Part shown: positions 13,365-20,000 of the stretch, piece after piece | Layout: every line of letters begins with the position of its first letter | Position numbering within the stretch: the stretch's first letter is position 1 | Virus record (IMG/VR): IMGVR_UViG_3300037067_000914 | Source: an uncultured virus (IMG/VR IMGVR_UViG_3300037067_000914) | Lineage: Duplodnaviria > Heunggongvirae > Uroviricota > Caudoviricetes | Reading direction: 5' to 3' (one strand) | Length of the DNA: 20,000 bases | The notes under the pieces: model-generated | What the model was told of the DNA's origin: nothing | Databases searched by the model: none | The model's input: only the letters and a program-made list of their open reading frames with translations | Program-made: the position numbers and the translations under genes

Positions 13365-14174
13365 ATGAGCAAGAAGGAACGAGAAATTTATTCTTGGTTG
13401 ATATTTATCGCTGTGTTAGTGTTTCTGGCGTGGCCCTTTGTTGTTCACGGCCAGACCTTCACCAAGCCGGACAACGTGCCGAGCGTCACGGTCTACTGGT
13501 CGCACGATAACCAGTCCGGCGAACCAATCACGTTCAGACTGTACGCCAACGGGACTGTTATCTGGAGCGGAGGACAGAAGGAAACGACCCTTGCCCGTTC
13601 CGTATTCGCCGTGGACAATCTCTTATACGTCACGGCCCTTGACAGCGTCCCAAATGAGTCCGAACCGTCACCGACAATAGCCCTGACGTTCACGCCTGTC
13701 GAGGAACCGCCGGACATTCCCGCTGAATACGACACTTTCCCGCTGACTTTCAGCCGGACAAACCTGGAAGGATGGACACGGTACGGAAACGTGATTGTCG
13801 TAACCGGTACGGACGGAGGCGTACAGTTGTTCGGGAAATATTCCAGTAACACAAACAACGTTGCAATGATTTCTGGGAGCGTGGTTTCGGAGAAAGCACA
13901 GGACGTCAAGGTGATCGTTTCTGCAAAAACCAGATACAACGACCCGCTCGAAACCATGCACTTCAGCGTCCAGAATCCAGAGAAATCCGTTCAGCTTAAC
14001 AGTAGGTCGGCGTGGACGGACTATTCTGTCGGCATATTCCATCTTGAACAAGGATTGAATATCCTTCAGGTGCGGTCATATAACACGGAATTTCTTGTCC
14101 GTTCGGTGTCATTGGTTCCGGTGGATGCAGATGTGACGGCTCCGCTTGCTCCGGGTGGATTGGGCGTAAGGTAA
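13365..14174 (+). CDS. secreted/membrane-anchored protein, FN3-like plus beta-sandwich (CBM-like) domain; copy 1
   Basis: Hydrophobic N-terminal signal; FN3-like VYW...FRLY...YVTALDSVPNESEPS; Pro linker; HLEQGLNILQV; DVTAPLAPGGL tail. Confidence 0.75.
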   Translation: MSKKEREIYSWLIFIAVLVFLAWPFVVHGQTFTKPDNVPSVTVYWSHDNQSGEPITFRLYANGTVIWSGGQKETTLARSVFAVDNLLYVTALDSVPNESEPSPTIALTFTPVEEPPDIPAEYDTFPLTFSRTNLEGWTRYGNVIVVTGTDGGVQLFGKYSSNTNNVAMISGSVVSEKAQDVKVIVSAKTRYNDPLETMHFSVQNPEKSVQLNSRSAWTDYSVGIFHLEQGLNILQVRSYNTEFLVRSVSLVPVDADVTAPLAPGGLGVR

Positions 14175-14180
14175 AATAAC

Positions 14181-14250
14181 GAGCGGCGCGGCCTCTTGCG
14201 GAGGATTGACTGCGTACAATGCCGGTTCCGAATCCGGCCCGCGCCCGCTC
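14181..14250 (+). repeat. structured intergenic element E2 (compact cloverleaf)
   Basis: GAGCGGCGCGG ... CCGCGCCCGCTC; arms CCTC/GAGG, ATTG/CAAT, GCCGG-TTCCGAAT-CCGGC. Confidence 0.7.
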
Positions 14251-14271
14251 ATTTAACTGATCGAAAGGAGA

Positions 14272-14454
14272 ATGGAGATGCACCCACAGGTTGAAAATGA
14301 ATTGCGTGAACTCGAAGAACTTTCAAGGCCAATAATGAAGTGGCTCAATGAAAATTTTCATCCTCATGTCACGGTAATTATCGACCCCACAAGAGCGCAG
14401 TTGGTAGAGGGCCGATGTTCAACCGGAGAAATCACGGATTACGTCAAGGATTAA
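14272..14454 (+). CDS. hypothetical phage protein
   Basis: 60 aa; AAGGAG SD. Confidence 0.7.
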   Translation: MEMHPQVENELRELEELSRPIMKWLNENFHPHVTVIIDPTRAQLVEGRCSTGEITDYVKD

Positions 14455-14463
14455 CCGACTACG

Positions 14464-14573
14464 GAGCGGCGGCGGGAAGGTAAAGACTGCAACGGCGGCA
14501 CTCGGCAACCATTACGTTCTCACCCGAGTAAATGCGTCGGTATAGAGATAACCCGACACATCCCGCCCCGCTC
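14464..14573 (+). repeat. structured intergenic element E3
   Basis: GAGCGGCGGCGGGA ... TCCCGCCCCGCTC then ATTTAA; inner ACTCGG/CCGAGT and GTCGG/CCGAC stems. Confidence 0.7.
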
Positions 14574-14591
14574 ATTTAAAGGAGGACAGTC

Positions 14592-14786
14592 ATGGAAGAC
14601 GACGAGGATATTTGCGGATTCTGCGGATTACCGGGAGCCGACAAGATTCCGGCTCCAATGAGATGGCCCGGCGAAGATTCAGCAGGAACGCCTTACGTCC
14701 ATGCGGCTTGCGAAGACGCAGAATGTAGACGCGCCCATTCATTGCTTTCCGACAAACAGAGAAGCGACTTTCTGCGGAATATTTAA
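14592..14786 (+). CDS. small zinc-finger-like protein
   Basis: CGFC...HAAC; AAGGAGG SD. Confidence 0.7.
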   Translation: MEDDEDICGFCGLPGADKIPAPMRWPGEDSAGTPYVHAACEDAECRRAHSLLSDKQRSDFLRNI

Positions 14787-14797
14787 CCGGAGGACTT

Positions 14798-14965
14798 ATG
14801 AACACGAAGGAAACTCCCGGCTTGATAACGCTGACGGAGGAGAGGCTGAGGGGTGTTATCGTGCAAGCATATCATGATGGGTTTGATGTCGGTAGGTGGA
14901 GCGATGACATGGAAAGTTACCCATACGCCTCCCGCATCATCGAGGCGTTGAAGAAGGAGGGATGA
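14798..14965 (+). CDS. hypothetical protein (55 aa), paralog of 18705-18998
   Basis: MNTKETPGLITLTEERL...YASRIIEALKKEG; GGAGG SD. Confidence 0.7.
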   Translation: MNTKETPGLITLTEERLRGVIVQAYHDGFDVGRWSDDMESYPYASRIIEALKKEG

Positions 14966-14966
14966 T

Positions 14967-15191
14967 ATGTATACAGTAGTTGGCCATTGTCCTAAATGCG
15001 GATCACCGATTCATGCCCCAACTATTTGGCATGGTACGACTCCACCGCCAAGTACATACTCGTGCCTTTGCTTTGCATCTCAAGGAGTCGTAATAACTAA
15101 CGCTACGCATATCACGACAAATTCCCCCGCCTCGTCAGAGGGAGAGGGGGAGACGAAGCAGACCAACCCTCCATTTGAGGCAGGCGTATGA
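14967..15191 (+). CDS. small zinc-ribbon protein
   Basis: CPKCG...CLC; C-terminus SPASSEGEGETKQTNPPFEAGV shared with 19175-19411 and 19561-19839. Confidence 0.7.
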   Translation: MYTVVGHCPKCGSPIHAPTIWHGTTPPPSTYSCLCFASQGVVITNATHITTNSPASSEGEGETKQTNPPFEAGV

Positions 15192-15373
15192 GGGACATCG
15201 AAGAAATAAACATTGAGATTATTAAAATTCGTGGCAGGATTGATGTTGATAAGATAAAACTCGACGGGACTGAAGTGATCAACGACAAGAGGGTTTTATT
15301 GGAGCGCATTAATGATCAGTTATGCAAAATGGAGGCCCTCTATTGGGTGCTTGGTTCGGAGTGGCTTCCATGA
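15188..15373 (+). CDS. hypothetical protein
   Basis: 61 aa; ATGA-coupled at both ends. Confidence 0.65.
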   Translation: MRDIEEINIEIIKIRGRIDVDKIKLDGTEVINDKRVLLERINDQLCKMEALYWVLGSEWLP

Positions 15374-15522
15374 CCCCGCCGAAATGCAAATGCGGACATG
15401 CAGAAAAGTTCCATACGGAACGGTTTGGGTGTTGGGTTGGTTTTCACGAAGAAATACCGGGCGAACCGTGTATTTGTAGAGAATACCGCCCCGTAAAACC
15501 GAAGCGAAAGGCCGGTAAATGA
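15370..15522 (+). CDS. small Cys/His-rich protein (50 aa)
   Basis: MTPPKCKCGHAEKFH...C...CIC; ATGA-coupled. Confidence 0.6.
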   Translation: MTPPKCKCGHAEKFHTERFGCWVGFHEEIPGEPCICREYRPVKPKRKAGK

Positions 15523-15758
15523 AAACACCGTTCATAGGATTTTCAAACAAAACGCTTTCGGCACAGGATACGGCAAGGAAAGGCGATTTAATAACTTGTC
15601 CACAATGCGGACAGAAACATCCGCTTGAATGCGGAACATCTAACGGGAAAGAATCGGACTTGATAATGTTTTACAAATGCGGGACAGGATTATACATGGG
15701 TGCGCTTGCCGGTCGCTTAACTATTGGCGTTAAATCAGACGTTCAGGGGGAAATGTGA
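15519..15758 (+). CDS. small zinc-ribbon protein
   Basis: CPQCGQKH...YKC; ATGA-coupled. Confidence 0.65.
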   Translation: MKTPFIGFSNKTLSAQDTARKGDLITCPQCGQKHPLECGTSNGKESDLIMFYKCGTGLYMGALAGRLTIGVKSDVQGEM

Positions 15759-15782
15759 AAATCATCCGCAAGCACTACGTCC

Positions 15783-16415
15783 GCAACGGCAAGAGGGTTT
15801 GATTTCAGCAAAAGCATTTCCCGTAATGATTTCAGAAACGCGGACGATATAATCAGGATGTTACTGAAACATAAATTAAAATGGTTTAGGATAGGCACGA
15901 TGGGTGATCCGTGCCACGATTGGGATTTAACTCTGAGAATATGCAGAGAACTTCACGAAATAAGAATCCCCGTTATTGTCACTAAGCATTGGGCGCAGAT
16001 ACCAAGCGATAAAATAAAAGAGTTAATAAAATATAACGTTATAGTAAACACTTCAATAAGTCCGTTAGATGATAAATTCGAACTAAAATACAGGCTAAAC
16101 GAATTTTTAAAGCTAAAAATATTAGGCGTAAAAAGCGTATTGAGAATTGTGTCTTGTAAGTTTGGCGAAACATATAACGGATTAAAACTTAAAGAAATTC
16201 AAGAAGATTTATTTAGAAACTATCCAACAATAGATAACCCACTTAGAATATCAAAAAATAATCATCTTGTTTTAGACGGTGACGTATTGGTGGAAAAAAG
16301 AAAAGATTTAAATAGTTTCGTTAATGTGTCTATGTATAACGACAAAACGTATATTGGGCATTGCGATAAATGCCCCGATCAATGTGGGGTTAATTTTTAT
16401 AAGGAGGCCGTATGA
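15783..16415 (+). pseudogene. probably 5'-truncated radical-SAM/spore-photoproduct-lyase-like protein (AT-rich)
   Basis: RIGTMGDP, VIVTK, VNTSISPLD, SVLRI resemble a radical-SAM barrel; frame open upstream of ATG 15858 (ATARGFDFSKSISR) but no CxxxCxxC and no convincing SD. Confidence 0.45.
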
Positions 16416-16738
16416 ACTGGTACATTAAGGGATTAAGAAGTCAACTGGATGTTTGGTCTTACGTCCATTTCTTTGGCACGTACACGCTGGCAGACGTTAC
16501 CGGAAGGTGGTGGCTTGCCGTGGGTGCGGCCCTGCTGTGGGAGGGTCTGGACGTTGCTTGGGCTTGGTACGTACACGGAAGCGGAGAGTTCAAGGCCGTG
16601 CGGTCGAACGTTACCGGAGAGTTTTACCTTGAGCCGCATTTTCTGGACAAGGTTTTCGACAGGCGCGGGTTTTCATGGGTTGACCTTGCTCTTGGCTGTC
16701 TGGCGGTTGGATTTTGGGTACTCGTAAATACTGCTTGA
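16412..16738 (+). CDS. small membrane protein, YfiM/VanZ-like
   Basis: WSYVHF...LLWEGLD...GFSWVDL pattern; hydrophobic segments; AAGGAGG SD. Confidence 0.6.
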   Translation: MNWYIKGLRSQLDVWSYVHFFGTYTLADVTGRWWLAVGAALLWEGLDVAWAWYVHGSGEFKAVRSNVTGEFYLEPHFLDKVFDRRGFSWVDLALGCLAVGFWVLVNTA

Positions 16739-16763
16739 CTTTACCGGTATTAATTTGTATATT
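16735..16763 (+). promoter_or_regulatory. sigma70-type promoter
   Basis: TTGACT, 17-nt spacer, TATATT, followed by AAGGAGG SD and ATG 16786. Confidence 0.55.
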
Positions 16764-16785
16764 ACGGATAAGAAAAGGAGGGCTT

Positions 16786-16911
16786 ATGGCTTGGGTTAAT
16801 TGTTTCTTCGTCACGGTTGGGGTTGCGGTTGTCTGCTTGGTCATGCTGATTGTCCCGATGGCTATTCTGGCCGGTGCTTTGTCTAAGTGGACACCGAGGA
16901 AGGGCGCATGA
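16786..16911 (+). CDS. small single-TM peptide (41 aa)
   Basis: MAWVNCFFVTVGVAVVCLVMLIVPMAILAGALSKWTPRKGA. Confidence 0.6.
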   Translation: MAWVNCFFVTVGVAVVCLVMLIVPMAILAGALSKWTPRKGA

Positions 16912-16966
16912 AGCAGACGTTTGAGATTGAGCATAATTGCAAAACCAAGTTTGGCATTAGCACGGA

Positions 16967-16976
16967 NNNNNNNNNN
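16967..16976. other. assembly/scaffold gap (10 N)
   Basis: Run of ten n; interrupts an ORF starting at 16908 (MKQTFEIEHNCKTKFGIST...). Confidence 0.99.
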
Positions 16977-16977
16977 A

Positions 16978-17151
16978 GCCACCGCCACCGAAATAACCGA
17001 GACCGAGCCGGACAAAAAGGACTGCGATAATTGCGTGTTCTGTTATCCGTTAAAAAGTTATAAATGCAAAAAGTGCGTCAGCAGTTACTCCGCTAATGGT
17101 AAGTTTTCCGAATGGTGCGGCAAGCCGATAGAGGTGAGCGATGGAAAGTAA
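16978..17151 (+). CDS. Cys-rich protein, 5'-partial (after gap)
   Basis: ...CDNCVFC...CKKC...WCGKPIEVSDGK; shares CGKPIEV with 12891-13037. Confidence 0.55.
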   Translation, partial: ATATEITETEPDKKDCDNCVFCYPLKSYKCKKCVSSYSANGKFSEWCGKPIEVSDGK

Positions 17152-17299
17152 AGGGTATCTCTGCCTTGATTGCAAGCGAGGTTTGTCGGTTTTCCAGGTA
17201 TTCTTTACGTGCTATGTCAGGTGTAATAAGTTTTCTATACCGCCAACCGAAAAGCCTTCCCATTTTAAGCCAATCGAAACCGAGGAGGAAAAGAAATGA
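17141..17299 (+). CDS. small Cys-rich protein (52 aa)
   Basis: MESKGYLCLDCKRG...CYVRC...; GAGGTG SD; ATGA-coupled to next gene. Confidence 0.55.
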   Translation: MESKGYLCLDCKRGLSVFQVFFTCYVRCNKFSIPPTEKPSHFKPIETEEEKK

Positions 17300-17508
17300 G
17301 CGTTACTATTTTGGAAGCCTTGCAAAACGCAGACAGAAACATTAACAATCCGAAGCTTGCTTCGTTGGGTCTAATTTTAGGGAAAGACCAACTCCATAAT
17401 GCCGTCACGCTTCTCGACAAAGGGTATGACCTTTACGATGACGTTGATCCGCTACTCGATGAATACGGTACAGTCGAGAATGTTCCAGAAAATAGTAATT
17501 CTAAATAA
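17296..17508 (+). CDS. hypothetical protein
   Basis: 70 aa; GGAGG SD. Confidence 0.7.
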   Translation: MSVTILEALQNADRNINNPKLASLGLILGKDQLHNAVTLLDKGYDLYDDVDPLLDEYGTVENVPENSNSK

Positions 17509-17509
17509 A

Positions 17510-17631
17510 TGAGTCCGTGCGCGGCGGCGTGGAAGGGGACACGCAACCGTCCTCCGGGTTAGCAGGGAAACAGGAATAACGGAGACCTGTCCTGCCCAAG
17601 TCGGTATCAAGCCTGACCCGCGCACGGCTCA
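17510..17631 (+). repeat. structured intergenic element E4 (tRNA-like shell; counterpart of E1)
   Basis: TGAGTCCGTGCGCGG ... CCGCGCACGGCTCA; GCGTG-GAAGGGGA-CACGC and GTCGG-TATCAAGC-CTGAC arms. Confidence 0.7.
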
Positions 17632-17655
17632 TATTAAACGAAAGGACGGGAGAGC

Positions 17656-17804
17656 ATGAAGAGATTGAAAGACAGATTGAACTTGTCGCAAGACTAAACG
17701 TAGAGGCAGAAGACCCGTCCGATCAATATAGGATCAACTGCGAAATGATAAACTTGATAGAATTAGTTTGCGATAAGATTAACCCCAGAAAGGAAACCAA
17801 ATGA
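17656..17804 (+). pseudogene. small gene with an apparent 1-nt frameshift just after the start
   Basis: ATG 17656 frame stops after 13 codons; shifted frame EIERQIELVARL...INPRKETK runs to TGA 17802-17804, overlapping the next ATG. Confidence 0.45.
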
Positions 17805-18601
17805 AACTCAAACACGCCATTATCATTTCTCTGTCCGTGTGGGCCTTGTCTTTCGTGGCCTATACCGCAGTCAACGCCCAGACCGTCACCTTCCCCGACA
17901 ACACACCGTCCGTGACGGTCTACTGGACACACGACAACCCAAGCGGTGAGCCGATCACGTTCAGGCTGTACGCCAATGGATCGGTGATCTGGAGCGGCCC
18001 ACAGAAAGAGGTTGACATCGCCCGTTCCGTGTTCGCCGTTGACAATCTCCTATACGTCACGGCACTTGACAGCGTTCCGAACGAGTCCGAACCGTCTCCG
18101 ACTCTTGCCGTTAACTTCGTCCCGGTCGAGGAACCGCCAGACATTCCTGCGGAATACGACACTTTCCCACTGATTTTCAGCCGGACTAATCTTGAGGGAT
18201 GGCAGAGGTACGGGAATGTTTTCGTCGTAACCGGCGCGGACGGAGGGGTTCAGCTTTATGGGAAATATTCAAGTAATACGAACAACGTGGCAATGATTTC
18301 CGGAAGCGTAGTTTCAGAGAAAGCACAGGACGTCAAGGTGATCGTTTCTGCAAAAACCCGCTACAACGACCCGCTCGAAACCATGCACTTTTCCGTAAAC
18401 AACCCCGAGAAATCCATTCAGCTTTCAGGCCGGTCGGTGTGGCGGGACTATGATGTCGGGACGTTCCAGATCGAGCAGGGCCAGAATATCGTACAAGTGC
18501 GGTCATATAACACGGAATTTCTTGTCCGCTCGGTGTCGCTGATTCCCGCCGATGCGGACGTTACGGCTCCGCTTGCGCCGGGCGGATTGGGAGTCAGGTA
18601 A
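17801..18601 (+). CDS. secreted FN3-like plus beta-sandwich protein; copy 2
   Basis: Signal peptide ending AVNA|Q; mature 240 aa differ from copy 1 at about 33 positions by manual count. Confidence 0.8.
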   Translation: MKLKHAIIISLSVWALSFVAYTAVNAQTVTFPDNTPSVTVYWTHDNPSGEPITFRLYANGSVIWSGPQKEVDIARSVFAVDNLLYVTALDSVPNESEPSPTLAVNFVPVEEPPDIPAEYDTFPLIFSRTNLEGWQRYGNVFVVTGADGGVQLYGKYSSNTNNVAMISGSVVSEKAQDVKVIVSAKTRYNDPLETMHFSVNNPEKSIQLSGRSVWRDYDVGTFQIEQGQNIVQVRSYNTEFLVRSVSLIPADADVTAPLAPGGLGVR

Positions 18602-18607
18602 AATAAC

Positions 18608-18685
18608 GAGCGGCGCGGCGGTGGAGGGTACGGTGCGAACCGTAACTGGAAGCGCACACGATTCGAAGCCGACCCGCGCCCGCTC
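18608..18685 (+). repeat. structured intergenic element E5 (counterpart of E2)
   Basis: GAGCGGCGCGG ... CCGCGCCCGCTC then ATTTAA; inner TACGGT-GCGA-ACCGTA hairpin. Confidence 0.7.
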
Positions 18686-18704
18686 ATTTAACCGGAGGAC
18701 AGTC

Positions 18705-18998
18705 ATGGACACGAAACAATTTGCCGTAAAGTGCATCCGTGAGGGGATAAAACTCAGAGGCGAAACGTTGACAAGACCTAAGCGCAGGTCTGTCTATGTC
18801 GTTAACCAAAGAGCCTCCACCCTGTCGGCCGGATTGATTACACTGACGGAGGAGAGGTTGAGTAATGCACTTCGACACGCATTTATTATAGGATCAGAAT
18901 GGCGCACAGAGCCAGACAACCAATATTCTGACGCGGTTATGGAACCTTCTAACGCCCACGCCTCCCGCATCATCGAGGCGTTGAAGAAGGAGGGATAG
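18705..18998 (+). CDS. hypothetical protein, paralog of 14798-14965
   Basis: ATG 18705 with GGAGG SD; GLITLTEERL...ASRIIEALKKEG. Confidence 0.7.
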   Translation: MDTKQFAVKCIREGIKLRGETLTRPKRRSVYVVNQRASTLSAGLITLTEERLSNALRHAFIIGSEWRTEPDNQYSDAVMEPSNAHASRIIEALKKEG

Positions 18999-18999
18999 C

Positions 19000-19194
19000 A
19001 TGAAAATGAATATACGCAAAAAGAATCTGATGGATTATTTTATCGGAGCAAATGGAGGATGGAGAGAAATATTTAGTGTTGACATTCCTGCCGCAAAAAG
19101 CCTGATGGAAGATGGGCTTATAGAAACCGATGGATTAAGGTACAGAGTGCGGCAACCCGCCGAGAAGGAGGGGATTGATGGCAAAAACCTTTAA
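19000..19194 (+). CDS. hypothetical protein
   Basis: 64 aa; AAGGAGG SD. Confidence 0.65.
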   Translation: MKMNIRKKNLMDYFIGANGGWREIFSVDIPAAKSLMEDGLIETDGLRYRVRQPAEKEGIDGKNL

Positions 19195-19411
19195 ATTCGA
19201 AGTTTATTTTCCGGGCGAACTGGCCGCAGGATTAAACTCATATAGCGATACGGTTGAAATGACTGTCCACAGTTTTGCGCCTGATGAAGATACATCTGAT
19301 TTTGAGGATTGGATATTGACGTTTCTGAAAGAATGGTATGATGGCGCGGGTGTTGAGATCGTCAACGAAGAATCGAAGCCATCCCCCGCCTCGTCAGAGG
19401 GAGAGGGATGA
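19175..19411 (+). CDS. acidic hypothetical protein
   Basis: 78 aa; AAGGAGG SD; ends SPASSEGEG. Confidence 0.7.
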   Translation: MMAKTFKFEVYFPGELAAGLNSYSDTVEMTVHSFAPDEDTSDFEDWILTFLKEWYDGAGVEIVNEESKPSPASSEGEG

Positions 19412-19414
19412 CTA

Positions 19415-19564
19415 ATGGCTAATTGTTATCGGTGCGACAGGAGCGACAAATGCTCAGACGAATATCAACAGTTTGTCATGTACGGGCATTATGTGTGCAG
19501 TTATTCAGAGAAATTAGATGAGCCAAAAGAAAAGCCAAAGGCAGAGGGAGAGGGAGCCAAATGA
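19415..19564 (+). CDS. small Cys-rich protein (49 aa)
   Basis: MANCYRCDRSDKC...VCSY...KAEGEGAK; ATGA-coupled to next gene. Confidence 0.55.
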   Translation: MANCYRCDRSDKCSDEYQQFVMYGHYVCSYSEKLDEPKEKPKAEGEGAK

Positions 19565-19839
19565 AACCCGTTGAATTTATCGGCCAGAACGTGGTGTATG
19601 CAAAGGATCAACCCGAATACCTCCCGCTTCCAGCGCACAAAGCGAAAGACGGAACCGTGACAAGCTGTTGGGCTTTCACGATCAAGGAGCGGTTTCGTAT
19701 TCTATTCGGTGCAAATATTTACTGGAGCCAGATGACATTTAATTCACCGCTTCAACCTATTTATCCAAGCCTTGATTTTAAGGCAGAGGGAGAGGGGGAG
19801 ACGCACCAGATCAACCCTCCATTTGAGGCAGGCGTATGA
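19561..19839 (+). CDS. hypothetical phage protein
   Basis: 92 aa; ends KAEGEGETHQINPPFEAGV. Confidence 0.75.
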   Translation: MKPVEFIGQNVVYAKDQPEYLPLPAHKAKDGTVTSCWAFTIKERFRILFGANIYWSQMTFNSPLQPIYPSLDFKAEGEGETHQINPPFEAGV

Positions 19840-20000
19840 TTCTGAAAACCCCATTCGGCTACATCGACCTACTGCACACATGGGAGGGCTGGACGCTGAT
19901 CGGCGCGGTCCTCATGGCCCTCGCCGTCCTCGCCTGGTGGATGGAGTGGGGGAAGGTGAAGTGCGACCGCTGTTACGGTGATGGGTCGTTTCCGAATTAT
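19836..20000 (+). CDS. membrane-anchored protein with CxxCxGxG motif (3'-partial)
   Basis: MILKTPFG...LIGAVLMALAVLAWW...CDRCYGDG; ATGA-coupled; runs off the window. Confidence 0.6.
   Translation, partial: MILKTPFGYIDLLHTWEGWTLIGAVLMALAVLAWWMEWGKVKCDRCYGDGSFPNY

Noticed and set aside
16921..17151. Track ORF spanning the N gap as a single protein
   Set aside because: Gap length is arbitrary; the plausible left-hand ORF starts at 16908 in a different frame.
13365..18601. Paralog pair as a diversity-generating retroelement template/variable pair
   Set aside because: Differences involve all bases and are largely synonymous rather than adenine-specific; both copies are intact genes; no reverse transcriptase in the window.
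13035..18685. E1-E5 as intrinsic terminators or canonical integron attC sites
   Set aside because: Only three T's at most follow the stems, interiors are 45-95 nt and branched, and neither attC core consensus nor an integrase is visible.
348..18878. Minus-strand ORFs in the track (e.g. 348-770, 5329-5796, 7304-8059, 11979-12710, 13493-13957)
   Set aside because: They lie opposite well-supported, SD-bearing, tightly coupled + strand genes or structured spacers and show no recognisable motifs; treated as shadow ORFs.

Overview
This 20-kb window looks like a bacteriophage (or prophage) early/replication region, with essentially all genes on the + strand and no structural genes, integrase or CRISPR. 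Recognisable genes are a YopX-family protein (2199-2516), a Zn-ribbon-rich amidoligase (5886-7523) next to a class-II glutamine amidotransferase (7524-8309), a MerR-like HTH protein, and a P4/D5-type SF3 helicase without a primase domain (9616-11001). The helicase is followed by a GTGAC/GTCAC repeat cluster (candidate origin, 11533-11896). Two ~86%-identical secreted FN3-like/beta-sandwich proteins lie at 13365-14174 and 17801-18601. Three things stand out. (1) About 13 short, mostly unrelated ORFs carry a terminal QL[DE]LF-type peptide matching the bacterial beta-sliding-clamp binding motif, with varied synonymous codons; ten lie within 591-5281. (2) Many intergenic spacers fold into tRNA-like or larger RNA structures: one near-complete tRNA, degenerate or minimal tRNA mimics, two ~230-295 nt candidate ncRNAs, and five spacers with conserved outer inverted repeats and variable interiors. 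(3) From ~13000 onward, two colinear blocks share gene-boundary sequences but carry different cargo genes. A 10-N scaffold gap (16967-16976) lies between them, so a join of two related genomes cannot be excluded. All family calls are by-eye motif recognition; no searches or folding programs were run.
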